Shown here: positions 11,680 through 26,850 of the stretch, piece by piece | Layout: every line of letters begins with the position of its first letter | How positions within the stretch are numbered: position 1 is the first letter of the stretch | Origin: the human T2T-CHM13v2.0 reference genome, Homo sapiens | Length of the DNA stretch: 64,000 nt | Reading direction: 5' to 3' (one strand) | Assembly: GCF_009914755.1 (NCBI RefSeq) | Contig: NC_060929.1 | Program-made: the position numbers and the translations under genes | The notes under the pieces: generated by a model | What the model saw: only the letters and a program-made list of their open reading frames with translations | What the model was told of the DNA's origin: nothing | The model's database searches: none

Positions 11680-13408
11680 ACAATTTCATGGAACAAAGAA
11701 ACACTAGCTTAATCTCCAATGTAATTTTGCTATGAAAGTGGTTCACGAAAACGAATCTGGGACATTGAGGCTCTTTCTTGCCTCAGAATTAACATTTATC
11801 CTATTAATTCATTACTGCTAAACTTTGGGATCCATAATCTTTCCTAGGTAGTATCAATCTCAGTCTTCAGAATTTCACCCTCCCCATCCCTCCCTATTTT
11901 CTGAGTGCTGAGAGAAGCAAAGTCAATTGTTATTCTAACTGATCAGATACTCTAGGCAAACAAAATGCAGTCATGCTGGTTTCACACTGGTCAAACAGGA
12001 TCAAAGATGAGGATGCCATGCCAAGAAAGTGGGTGACTGCATTTAACATTCTACAAATAGAATTAATTGACTTGCTGTCCAAGTCATATGATGAAGCTAT
12101 TCTAACTCTGGGAATGAAACCAGAATTTCTCACCATCAATTCTCTTTTCTCTTCTCTAGACCATGCGGTCTCAAAGTTTTTATTCTCCAATGATAATCAG
12201 TTTAAATGAGAGAATGCCTGCCAAACCCAATGCTCTAATTACATAGTTAGGAAGAACTGATAATAATTATTGCAATGTTCTACCCTCAAAAACTGTTAGG
12301 CAATGCTGACTGATTTAGATACCGAGACACAATTTTCTTTAAAATACACACACACATATATATTTTAAAAACTGTCTAAATGTGTACATGCCACAAAAAT
12401 CCATCATTAATGATTGTTAGCATAAATTTGTAACTAGCAAAACTAGTTCTGAGGCTTATGTTTCGCTTTCCATTTTTAAGTAATTCAAAAGTATTGGTTA
12501 AATCAATGAATGCATGAATATTTTATTAACATGGTCTGCAAATATAAGAAAGAGAAAAAGTCCTGAGATGCTCCTTCCCCACATATTTTTGTGCAAGCAT
12601 GAACGCTTTCAAATATTTAAATACAAGTACAGCAGGGGTCTAAGAGGAAGCACATCAAGGCCGATGAATTGAGTGTTCAAGATATTATTCATGCCTGACA
12701 TGGCTTTTTATAAAATTACACTTCTTGTCACCTAGAATTTTACTGATTCTTTCTTTTAATTATCAAATTCCATGGTTACTTCCACCAATAAAACAGCAAT
12801 GTCCTCTTAAAAGAAAAATATTCTAGCAGCACACAATGCTTCTATTCTGCTTCCATTTCCTCTTTCCCTACGGAAGGCTTCCTTGCCAGATTCCATTCAC
12901 AGCCAAAAAACTCTTGCCAACAAAGGCTTAAAATGATAAACTAACTCAGGGATAAATGGCAGAAGCCACATTTATTTAGGGGGAAAAAACGTCCACATTT
13001 ACAGAACTCTCTAATACATATCATGATTTCCCAGCGATGCATTTTAAGTAAAATTAGAAATGCTTTAGATGGCTAAAAATTCTAATGCAATCAATTTTCA
13101 TAATTTTTTCCATACAATGGACACTAAGGTAACTGATGTCGATTTCCACAGATAAAGAATTTGACAAATATTTTACAGTTTGCTGTGCTATTGGTTTATG
13201 GGGCTCCCGACCCTTACTATAAATGTCCACTCTTCACATAGGCCCAACAGGTGGATCTTTCCGAGGCCCCACGTCTGATCTGCTCTGCCTACTTGCTCCT
13301 CTCCATTTTCCATTTCTCAGGAAATGGCAATTCTGTTCCTCTAGTAATTCAGTCCAAAAAACCTGGATTCATCCTTGATGCCTTTCATAATGTCACACAC
13401 AGTATTAT

Positions 13409-13842
13409 TGGTTACAGGATAAACTGTGTCCCTCCCAAGATTCATATGTTGAAGTCCTAACCCCCAATACCTCAGAATGTGACCCTATTTGGAAATAGGA
13501 TTGTTGCAAATGTAATTAGTTAAGATGTGGTCATACTGGAGTACGGTGAGCTCCTAAACCAATATGACAGATGTCCTCATGAAAAAGGGAAATATGGACA
13601 CAGACATGTGCACAGGCAGAACGCCATGGGAACACTGGAGTGATGCTGCCACCAGCCAAGGAACTACCAGAAGCTGGAGAGAGGCCTGGAATAGACCCTT
13701 CCCTAGCACCTGCTGAGAGAGCATGGCACAGCTGACACCTTGATTTCAGACTTCTGACCTCCAGAACTGAAGGTAAATTTCTGTTGTTCTAAGTCACTCA
13801 GATTGTGGCAATTTGATACAGCAGCCCTAGAAAACTCATAGA
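13409..13842 (+). mobile_element. MLT1B LTR, apparently inserted in an L2 relic
   Basis: 'aagattcatatgttgaagtcctaacccccaatacctcagaatgtgaccctatttggaaatagg...cagcagccctagaaaactcata'. Confidence 0.88.
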
Positions 13843-15124
13843 GTGATCAGTCTATCAACCAATCACATTGGCTTTTGATACCTATGAAATTACTTACAAA
13901 TGTTTTTCTTCTAACACTGGGGTTATTTATTCCTAGATGTTATTCCTCATGTGACAGTTTTCATAGACATAGTATTATCTCTAGGTTGACTCCCATATTT
14001 ATGGCATATACTTATTTTGAATTTACTGAAAAGAAACACTGTATGGTGTAAAGCGTGTTTTGTTGTTTTCTCCACCCTTGGTGACCAATTACAGGGACAC
14101 TGCTCGCCCACTGCACGTCAGTGTACCATATCACACCTTGGGAGGGGCTGCCCCTGGCATTAGGCCAACTCCTGAAACTATCATAGTATTCTTCATTCAC
14201 AGACAAGCTTCCAACATTAATTCTCTTCCCTAAGGAATTTTATTTCTGGAAGAGGGATGAGTAAATGGCACCAACTGGCATCCTCAAAGTTACTAAGCAC
14301 CATCTACTGTCCCCGTATTTTAATACATCCATGGTGATTATATTATTTCCATCAGTCTGCTGAAAATTTAAACACTGATCTAAACTTAGAAAAAATGGTG
14401 TATCAACCTGAAACACAATAGCTACTGATAAAAGGCGTTATATAATTAGGTGATAAATTGTGTGCGCAGATGCTACATGCTGTAAGAGATCAGAGCGGCC
14501 TTAGATCAATGAGAGCGCACCAGAGGACTGGAATCTTGCTGTGTCAATTTGTGTTTTTCTCTTTGATTTGCTTTGTCATCTGTAGACTCTTCTTTGTTTT
14601 GGGTATTTTTAAGTACTTAGAATTAATTTACAATATGAAAGCATAACTTATACATCTTTGTCCACAAGGAATGCTGAGTTTTCAACAGGACTGTAAGATG
14701 ATTAGTTGCAAGCCAGTAGGGAGCAAGAACTATAAACATCAGTCATTTACAAAATTAGAATTTATACCATCTTTTCTCCCACGTATGAGTGATCGACAGG
14801 ATATAAAATAAATGCTTAGGATCCAAGCAGATGGGTTTTCTCCATTTGCAAGACTCCAAGTCTTTCTGGGTAAGGAATGCCTACTTGGATGCTCTTTTGC
14901 ATCTGGAATGGTTTAAACATTCCTATTTATGATTCGTAGGCTCAACACAAAAAACTCATGGTATTAGCCCCATACAAAATAAATGTACAATTATTATTTT
15001 CCCAAACACTACTATATTTGTATTTACCATATTTTCCCATGTATTTTTTACTTCTCCCTTTTCACAACCTTATGCAATTGGATAACAAACAATAAATTAA
15101 AACGTTCTTCAGGGACCATAAATA

Positions 15125-15720
15125 TTCATTTATTTATTTAACTCATTTAATTTAGAAACAAAGAGTGAGTGTTCCTCCTGTGTTAGACAGTGTACTACGT
15201 GCCCCGACTCCAATGGAGGGCAAGTAAGCCTTACTGCCCACAGGGTGCGGCAGTAGCTATCATAAATGCCAAGAATGTCTTTATTTAGAAGGCCAAGGAA
15301 GGTCTCTGGAGGAAGCGACCCTTCAGCTGAGCCATGACATAAAAAGAGGAGTGAGCAAACTAGCAGGTGAGGATACAAACCGCAGGGAAGGAATAAAAAT
15401 CTGGAAGTGAGATTTAACATGGTTTAAGGAGATTCCGTTTATCCTACAGGTAATGAGAAACCACTGAAGAGTTTTCACTTTAGGGGACTGCCATCATGAA
15501 GTTCATTTTAGGATCCCAGTCTGTGACTCCAGATTTAGTGGGTGGGAGAAGATAGGGGAGTAACTGGCTAAGGGAGACCAGTGAGGAGTCAGATTCCATC
15601 ATCTTGGTTAAATGTAGCGTGGGAGGGATAGAAGGGGAAATGAAAGAACTGAACTGCTCTGAGACAGGTTTAGAATGTGGACCAGCCCAGACACAGTGGC
15701 TGATGGCCCATGATAGCTGA
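15125..15720 (-). mobile_element. L2 LINE 3' relic
   Basis: Antisense L2 tail ('attcatttatttatttaac...tgtgttagacagtgtact') and 'ggtaatgagaaaccactgaagagtttt'. Confidence 0.55.
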
Positions 15721-15829
15721 GGAAGAAGACAAAGATTTCTTGGAAAGGAGAATATGGTATCTTAAAATCCAAAATGTTATTCATGTATGAGAAATAGCCA
15801 TTCAATATGGAGATGTGACTCTTCTGTCT

Positions 15830-16358
15830 TACTCAGTAAGGTTTCTGTTGTTGGTGGAGAAAAGGTTACCACAGACTTAGTAACTTAAAACAACACAAAG
15901 TTAGTACATTACAGTTCTTTAGGTCAGAATGTCCACACAGGCCTCAGCAGGCCATATCAAGCCATTAGCAGGTCTGTATTCTTTCCTGGATGATCTGGCA
16001 GAGAATCTGTTTCCTTGTCTTTTCCAGCTTCTAGAGGCCACCTGTATTCCTTGGCTCCTGGCCTCCTACCTCTATCTTCAAAGCCAGCAATGGCAGGTTG
16101 AGTCCTCTCCTGACCCTCCTCCATCATCACCCATCTGTACAGACACACCCAGGGAAGGTTCTCAGCATTTAGGAACTCACGTGATTCTATGTGGCCCGAG
16201 AGGATGAACTAGTTCCTCTGCACCTCCCACATTAGCTGAGTAGCAACCTCAACTGCATCTGCCATGCTAACCCCCCTCACCATGCAATGTCACATGTTCA
16301 CAGGTTCCAGGGATTAGGACAAGGTCATCTTTCAGGGCTATTCTTCCACGAACTACAC
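15830..16358 (-). mobile_element. MLT1D-like LTR
   Basis: 'ttaccacagacttagtaacttaaaacaacaca...cttttccagcttctagaggccacctgtattccttggctcctggcc...cacaggttccagggattaggac'. Confidence 0.85.
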
Positions 16359-17990
16359 TGATGCAGCATTTCTGCCTACACATGCTAGTCCACATCCAGC
16401 CCAATTACTTCCCTAGAAACTACTTTTGCACTATTCTCTTCTGAACAAAGCATATTATGGGCCACATTCTTCCCATAGAGCCTTATCTGAGAGGCTTTCA
16501 TTTGCAGTAATATTTTAGCATAATCCTATCAAGAATGATTTCCAAATAAAGGGTATTTTGTCCCTTTGTACCTATAACATTGCTAAAACCTTATCTCATC
16601 CTTTGTGCTGCTTAATTTACTTCTTATAGCTTTCCTTCAAGGGCATATAACATTTCAAACATAAGCATTTGCCCATTTTTAAGGTAATGAGCCCAATCTG
16701 TTTTTTGAAAATGAAATAATATACTTAAAATCATATGACTTAGGGCTGTTTATAGGATGTCTTAATTTTTCAGATGGTTAAGTATTACAAAAATCTATTT
16801 AAAACCTAAACCTCAATTTACACCATCCATTTCCTACATTTTTATAACAAAACAGTAGGAAAATATATTGTTGCTAAAAATTAATAGTTACAGAAATTGT
16901 GAAAAGCTCAAGAGAAGTACTACTTCTGGTGATAAAACTTAAAAAGCAAATTATCAAGGAATAGTATGTAACTATTATTGTCTTTGATGGAGCACAGGAG
17001 TGAGGAATTTTACAGAACTATTGTCCATAAACACTGGATTGTGTTTACATTTATCTCATTGTGTTTATATGTATCTACTAGCAGTAAAAAGGCAAGTATC
17101 AGGGAAAAGAGCCATTACAGATCCCGAAAATGGCAAAATTAACTGAGGAAAAAGGTTTCTTTGACATTGAGATTGGCTTTACAAATATTTTTCCTAAATG
17201 AGATCTCCTAATAAAACAACTAGGAAAAGACTTTAAAAGTCTCCTCCATTCACCACAATTGAATGAGTGATCACCGATCATTTCGGTGTGAGTAACTCTG
17301 ATATGCACACAGGGCAGTGGGGATGCTGCATTCCCGTCATTGTCACAGCCTGGCACTTGCCTGAGTCTCACCACAGGGTGGAGAATATTCCTGGCCCCCA
17401 GCCAGGACTTCCAAAATGGGGCAAGGATAAGTGGAATTAATTTTCCCTCATTTTGGATGTATTCCAAGTTTCAGGGTTCAGTGGTATCATTACCACAGGA
17501 TCAAATTGTGATCAAAGACAAAAATGCATAAATATTTTATAGAGTAACCAAGTGTAAGCTTACAACTCCAAACTAAAATGTTTAGTATTAAATGCTATTC
17601 TCAAATATTCACCTCTAAGCTCCCATCGTCCTCATTATGTACTTGAATAATTTAAATATAAATGATGTAGTTATATCTCTGAATGTGGAAATTTTATAGA
17701 AGTAAAATTATGAAAATAATAAACAATTTTCAAACTTCTCAACAAATGTTTGCTAGTATCCTAGGAATTTAAGATAACATCATTTCTGGATTTGCATTTT
17801 ATTTATCTTCTTGTATCTATGTATATGAATAGTCTAAATTTGTAGTATAGTTGCTTGACTTTACTTATAAAAAGACAGTGCCATAAGTTTCCTTTGCCCC
17901 TCTGTAACAATGCATGCAACAAAGCATGTTTTGTATGTTTATAACTTTTTTAAATGACTTTAGTTTAAAAGTACCACAGAGCAAAAGTTA

Positions 17991-18349
<359 letters not shown>

Positions 18350-18532
18350 TCAATTTACTTCTTTAAATTTTAAATATTGTAAATGCTATTTTCTTTTAGT
18401 GGGGAACTATTTTCATGTATGTTAGACTCTTTCTACTCTTCTGGTAACCACTGATTATGCCAGTGTGCATGTGTGTGTATGAAGTGAGAGTCCACATGTT
18501 TTAATGTCATTTTCTACAAAAACAGAGGATTT

Positions 18533-18822
18533 GGCCAGGTGCAGTGGCTCACGCCTGTAATCCCAGAACTCTGGGAGGCCAAGGCGGACAGATCATGAGG
18601 TCAGGAGATTGAGACCATCCTGATCAACATGGTGAAACCCTGTCTTTACTAAAAATACAAATATTATCTGGGCCTGGTGGTGCGTGCCTGTAATGGCAGC
18701 TACTCGGGACGCTGAGGCAGGAGAATCACTTGAACCAGGGAGTCAGAGGTTGCAGTGAACTGAGATTGCGCCACTGCACTCTAGCCTGGGGACAGAGTGA
18801 GACTCCGTCTCCAAACAAAAAA
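18533..18822 (+). mobile_element. AluSc
   Basis: Diagnostic 'gatcatgaggtcaggagattgagaccatcctg'. TSD 'gaggattt'. Confidence 0.93.
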
Positions 18823-19809
18823 AGGAGGATTTATATGGTTGCATTTATCTCCATATAACAAGTATTTCAGGAAAAAAAAGTAACGTTTTGTGTTAAAACG
18901 TACTGTATACACTTTATGGGCCATATAAAACACAGTATAAATCATGACTTTAAAATGTTTGTGCTCTTTTTCATATAAATAATCACTATTTTAATGTGCA
19001 GAAATTAAGGGAGGTAACAGGCAGTTTCATTCATGTACAAGAGTGCTATCTCAGGATTCTGAAATACTTGAGGCTGAATCCTGGTTTGTCAATATTCTTT
19101 TTTCCTTGCTGAGTGATCCTTGAGTAAGTTAACCTCTATAAACCTCAATTCATACTAAAGATTTGTAAAAATCTTTAGTATACTAGCATTTATATTTAGG
19201 TCTTAAATCATCCATCACATATTTGTTCATCGTTTTAAAACCTTTCTACACACTCTCCAGGTGCTTCATGACCATTTTCTACTTCACTGGTGTAGTTTCC
19301 CATTCTGTGATTCTATCTTAAATTCTAGGGTAGTTTTATGTCACTGGTGATATTTTTAATCCTGTATTGTTTTAATTTACCACCTGCTTTCTTCCTTTTT
19401 ATCTCTGAATAAAGATATGGGTTCCTTGGCAATTTCCAAGTCTTTGTTTTGAGACAGAATTTCATGGCTTACAGTTCAATGTCTCTTTCTTCTTCCTCCC
19501 GTTGAGATGTGTATAGTTTTCAAACATTTTACCTTCTCCAATGGCTTTTTATCAACTTCTACTCCCTGTTTTTATCTGTTACATCATTTTCAATGCATTT
19601 TTGTTCACTGACACAATATACAGACTTTTTTGTGGAATTTAATAGGAAAAGACATTAGCTGTTATTACTACCATATTATGAAATATCCCCCCCTTGCTCT
19701 GTCCATATCGCTACTTGGATAAAGAAGGAGATGTTTAATATTTTATCCATGCTAGCAATATTTTGAAACATAATGAAACAGCATTCTAACTGCACAGACA
19801 GTGATAGAT

Positions 19810-19975
19810 ACTATTAATGTTGCACTTAAGTTGTGTCAGGCAAGCTACTGTCTACAGATAAAAATGAGGCATGAAAAGTTTATGTAGTTTAGTCAAAGTC
19901 ACACAACACACAAAGAGGAATGCTAGATTCAGACTCATATCAAAACACTCCATGCATTTTCTACTACTCCAAACT
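19810..19975 (-). mobile_element. MIR relic
   Basis: 'ctacagataaaaatgaggcatgaaaagtttatgtagtttagtcaaagtcacaca' matches the antisense MIR core. Confidence 0.5.
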
Positions 19976-22038
19976 CCCTCTTCAATTATTTTAAGAAGGA
20001 ATTGACTAGGGTGGTAAAGTTTGACATTCCAGAATTTTGGACTAGCTGCCCATTTAGCCACTTACTACTTTAACTAAGGAACTGAATTCATTTCTCTTAG
20101 CCTCACTGTACTTTTTCTAAAATTTAAGCAATGACTGTCAACTTCATGTGTTAATGATACAATGAAATGAAATTAAGTATATATTAAAAAGTCTGAAACA
20201 TAATAAGTGTTGAGAAAATATTTGTTGAATGGAATTTAAACCTTCAAAGAATTACTCCCACTATAGAGTATCAATTTTGGTTTTCCCTCTATAGTCACCT
20301 ATCAGTAAATAGGGAACTTCTGAGAAGAACTGAAAGCAAAGATGATTCAATACGATATGGTTTAAAGATATCTGAGTTTCTAACACTAAAGAAAAGCTTG
20401 AAGACATAGAATACCTGGAAACATACCTTTCAAAATTCAATATAGATAGGATCTACTCAGGATTGTGGTCATGAAATTACATAGTACATTTAAAGATGTT
20501 ATTGAGCGTGATGATCTAATTAGCAGAATTAATAAACAGAAACTGACTAGCATACATCCCTTAATTTATTCACCATAGGTCAGACCTTTATTGTGATACT
20601 ACTGTGTGCCAGACACTCTACTGAGCACCAAGTGATGAAGGAAAAGGCATACCCTTCCGTCCATTAGAGAAACTTCTAAAAAAATTTTTCATTTGACTCT
20701 TCCACAGCATATAAACTAATGATTGATAAACATAAAGTCAATTGAGATAATTAGGCAGAACAGTTTCTTTTAGTAGAATAACAGCATTGTCTCATCATAT
20801 TCTCAGCTATTGGAAAACCTAATCCTTCTCACTTAGAATTGAGTATTATATTTGAAATCCAAAGATAAAGTAATAGATACTTTATAAGTCTTATTTATAA
20901 ATCACAAAATACATTTTAGAATTCCCTTCTCTTGCTTTCATTACTTTCAGAAAATACTGTTGTTAAGTAGCAGTAACATGCTAATTTTCTAATGAGAAGG
21001 TACATACAGAGTTTCACGACTGTTTTTCAAGAGGGTGTTCTTTGCATCTATCAAGACTAAAAGAAAGAAGGTATTTAAGAAGCTAATTTCCTACAGGAAT
21101 AATATAAGGTTTAAACACTTTCAGGGCTGTTCTTCCATAATTATCTTTTACAATTTTATCTTCCAAAGTGAATACACTCTTTTGTCGTTGTTGTTCTGTG
21201 AGTTAAATAGCACACTGGCAAAATGTCTTGTTAGCTGATGGGTACCAGTTAAGCATGGAGGTTTTTTGTAAGTTTGCACAGTGGTTTTATTTTCTGAGCC
21301 AACACAGAACAAATGTAATAATGAGCAAACTCTTACTCACCTAGGGTGAGTAACAGTGATAGCTACATTTACTAAGGGCAGAGCATCCGACTGATGATAC
21401 AGTTGCTTCTGAACCTCTTTTAACTCTCACATCTGTTTTTGGCTCTGTGTTTAACAACAAAACCTGGGCTTTTCCTCAATTGCAAATGAACTAATCTGAA
21501 TAGGCACAGAGATGTGTAAAGGCAACACTGGTTTCTTCTTACCTATGATAATCCAACTATTATAGTTTCCATTTTTGCAATGTTTCTGGCAGGACATTGT
21601 AACTAAGAGCATTGAAATGAGATAGCTGGCACCCTCCAGGTATGTAATTGGGAAAACTCCATAGGCAGCAACCAATTTTTTTTTCTTTTGTATATGCTTA
21701 TATGCCCTTAGTTATACTGTATTATTTGGAACTGGAAATTTTACTCTATGAGCATAAATATAAAACCAGCATCTTTTTACTTTAGTAAAGAGTAATTCTA
21801 TAGCATCAAATAACTGGACAATAATCAGTAATTCTGAGTTGCATATAGTGATCTAAATAGCAAATGTGTATTTTACAGTGATTTGTTTAACAAAATAAGC
21901 AATTGCATTCTTGATCCTATAATATTTGGAATAACACCTTCCAAACATATAAAAAATGAAATTACCACCCAGAAAAGGCGATACATTTTTCCCAAACTTT
22001 TCTGCAGGCTCGAGTGTGTATCTATTAAAAATCTTCTA

Positions 22039-22660
<622 letters not shown>

Positions 22661-23085
22661 TTAATTATGACTTGTTACCTTGTTACAGTGTATACACTTT
22701 ACCAGGTCATATATAATAAAACCATGAAATTAATTGCTATATAGTAGCCCACTGTATGGCTGTTTACTAATTTACTGAACAATTTCCCATGATTATCTAT
22801 TTCTTCTTTTTATGATAAATAGCAATGTAATGAACATTATTTTATCAAATACATATTCATTCAACTAATAACTTTTGAGTCCCTTCTATGAGCATGTGCC
22901 TAGGAAATATAATCTTTGTTCTTAAAAACTTATAGCAGCCCAGATGTCATAAACACCAAATATCAGTGACTCTGACATATTTCAAGACACCCAGATTGTG
23001 AAAAGAAGAGAGGGGAATATTCTCAAAAGTTTGTTAACCAAAGGTAAGTTCATGCGAGACCTTTAAACCATATTAAGAAGTTCCA

Positions 23086-23385
<300 letters not shown>

Positions 23386-24171
23386 TATGCACAAGAGTGC
23401 ACAAGAGGGGTCACTGAGAAATTTAACTTTTTGCTTTTGAAAAATCATCTTTGCTCCAAAGGGGAAAAGGAATCTGAACTGTATAAACTTGTGCAGAGCA
23501 GGCTACTGCTAGCAGCTACTTATGATAGGATGACATAAAATAGGGCACTAAATGATATTTCGGAGGTAGACGCTATAGGATTTCTGGATCCACTGAACTG
23601 AAGATGAGAAAAAGAGTCACTGAATGTTAAGGCTACCGAAATATTAAGGAAGTGAACCCTCTGCCTGTCACATGTGACTCACACAGCTCACGTTCTAAGG
23701 TTTTGCAGGCTGTCATTGTCTAGTGCTTCTCCACTGTGAGACGAGTTCACTTCCTATTCCACAAACTGTTTTTCTCACTGTTTCAAAGGGAGATCCTACG
23801 ACCCATTGAATTTTATATCACTCGTCTTATAATTCACTGTTGTATCACCAGTGCCCATCCTCCCAGATATCTGGTCTGCAATATTGCAATATTTGAAATT
23901 TTTCTTTTTTTTTTCCACTCATTTTTCTCCTCCAATCTAGTCAGTAAAAAATCTTACTAAATCCTGGCAACCTCCATTTTTTTAAACTCATTTTTGCTCC
24001 AACCAAGTCAGTTAAAAATCTTACCAAATTTTAGCCACTGGCCTCTGTTCTGAGGACTCCTATGAGTTCTGTACTTCTATAAAGTCTTCACATTTTGTGG
24101 GGCAAGACTCTGACAGGGACTTCTAGGCAGATGCACTTTTAAATACAAGTCATGGTTTCTGTCTAACAGTA

Positions 24172-26385
24172 TATTACACATTAAAACAATCATGAGATAC
24201 ACTATACAACTATTAGAATGGCTAATATCTAAAAAACCTGACAGTAACAGTTACTGTCGAGGATACAGCACAACAGGCCCTCTCATTCACTGCTGATGGG
24301 AATGCAAAATGGTATAGCCATTCTGGAAGACTGTTTGGCAGCTGCTTTAGTATACAACTAAATATAGCCTTACTATGCTATCCAGTCTTTATACTCCTAG
24401 GTATTTACCCAACTTATTTGAAAATATGTTGACACAAAAGCCTGCATGTGAATGTTTATAGTAGTTTTATTCATTACTGCCAAAACTGGAAGCAAACAAG
24501 ATTGCCTTCAAAAGATGAATGGATAAATAAACTGGTATAGTCATATAATGGAAGATTATTCAGCCCCAAAAATAAATGAGCTATCAAGCCATGAAAAGAC
24601 ATGGCTTAAACCCTCATTACTAAGGGAAAGAAGACAATTTGAAAAGGGTACATACCGAATGATTCCAATTGTATGGTATTCTAGAATAGGACAACTATAG
24701 AGATGGCAAAAAATAAAAATAAAAAGATGAGTGGTTACCAGGGGTTTGGAAGGAGGAGAAAAGGGTTGAAGAGGTGAAACACAGGGCAATTTTTAGGGCA
24801 GTGAAACTATTCTGCATGACACTACTCATTTGTCAAAACCCATGGAACTTTACAACACAAAGAATGAAGCTTAATGTATGTACATTTTAAAAAACATTTA
24901 GGATAGCAAGGAATCTGAGGATGAAATGCCAGATGTGGCAAAGCAATCTAACTGTACAAAACAACCTCACTGAAGAAGGTGAGAAAAGAAATGGTGTTCT
25001 AAGTAACTTTGGAAATGAATGGCGATTGCAAGACTAAAGGGAAAATAATCATTTTAATCATTGTGATTTAATCAATGATGTTGTTTCCCATGGAAGCATG
25101 GGTTAACGACTGTGATCTTGCTATACTTCTCTACTGTCACTGAACAATTAAGTAAAAGGATGGCATGTGGTTTGAGCCAGGTTTCTTATATTTGGAGTAG
25201 GCAGATACATTTAAGCAACAGGAGGAGAACAGAATGATCCAGGAGGTAACAGACTAGAGTTGGACACATCACTGTGAACTGATATATAGCTTTGTACAGA
25301 TACAGATGGTTGAATACAGAAATATTCATAGGTAATGTATATACTCAGATTAGTATACACTCATATATTTATTTGCTATATCAACTGACAGTCTAAAAAC
25401 AAGGACACTCCACTAGCAACAAGCACATCTACCACCCTTGGTTTTTAATAGTATTCTTCAATAAAAGGAATCACGGCTCCTGGAAGAAATGGCTGATCCT
25501 AAGACTGGATCAGGGACATGTAAGATGAGTTCAGAGAACCTCATAATGCCAGAAAATAAGGAAGTACAAATAAATAAATGAACAATGAATGAATGAATGA
25601 ATGAATGGAATATGTCAAAGCCACTCAGTAGCCCCTTTGAAGAAAGCTAGAATAATTGGAACAACAAAATAAATATGCTAGCATTGGATCATAACATAAA
25701 GTATAAAATAAATATCCATGTGTCTATACTAATATAAAGGTTTGAATAAATAAGTAAATGGGGAGAAACAACAAATCTCCCATGCAGAATTCCACGTAAC
25801 TCACATAGAACATAGATCCACCAGCCTTAAAAAGTAGAGTATATTACTCCATACTCAAGTGGATACTGTACATTGTGACTTCCTTCCAATTAGTAGAGTA
25901 TAGAAAGCAGGAGAGAGCAACTTTACAATGGAGAAATATGACAAACACTGTCTCAGCTAAGTGAGCAAGGTCAACGTCAATAATGGTCAGTCATGTCAAC
26001 AGTGTATACACTAACCCTATCAGACAGATTCCAGGAGAGGGACATCCTATAATATGACTGACCAATACTCCTCAAAACTATCAAAGTTATTAAAACAAGG
26101 AAAGTCTGAGAATCTTCCAGAGTCAAGAGGAGCCTAAGGACACATGATCCTAGAAGAGACAAAAAGACATTAGCTAAAACCTAGGAAAGTTGGAATAAAG
26201 TGTGGAGTTTAGTTAATAACAATACAGCAATACAATGTTGTAATTACAATACATGTGACATAGTAATGTAAGATGTTCAAGATGTTCAGATGAGGGACAA
26301 CTGGGAATGGGATATATGAGAACTTTGTACTATCTTCTCAACTTTTCTGTAGATCTAAAACTGCACAAAAAATTATCTTAAAATG
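24172..26385 (+). mobile_element. L1MC/L1MD-type ORF2 end plus long 3'UTR
   Basis: 'attagaatggcta', 'ctcattcactgctgatgggaatgcaaaatggta', 'gaatggataaataaactgg', 'cagtgaaactattctg', ending 'aactttgtactatcttctcaacttttctgtagatctaaaact'. Confidence 0.85.
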
Positions 26386-26659
26386 TATTTTAAAATGCAT
26401 TATATATCTAACAATTTAAAGCAAATAAAATCAATAGCAACTAACGCTCACTGCCCACATGTCACTCTAAATACAGAATACTACAAGAACTTTAAAGTGA
26501 TCAGAGATGTCATAGTATCTAATTTACATTTAATAAGGTAGAATATATTCAATCAAAATTTGTTTGAAGATCTTTTGGCACTGCCATTCATTCATTTCCA
26601 GGGTTCATTTCCTGAGCCAGCCATCTACAAGCAATGTGCAGATCTAAAACATAATATGG

Positions 26660-26850
26660 GCAATGTAAAAACCTGGGTAAGTTCTTTAGCATTCTGGGTT
26701 TTGGTTGCCCCATCTAACACATCAGGGTTGTAACAGCACTTATGTGCACATTGGGGAAATCTAAAAAGTTAATATATATTTATATATATAACACTGAGAA
26801 GGGTGCCTACAATAATGAACATAAATGTTAGCTATCATTATGATTATTTT
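26660..26850 (+). mobile_element. MIR relic
   Basis: 'acctgggtaagttctt...cccatctaac' and a 3' end 'ataaatgttagctatcattatg'. Confidence 0.5.

Noticed and set aside
11930-12209. Opposing 78- and 86-aa ORFs
   Set aside because: No domain similarity and no flanking splice signals.
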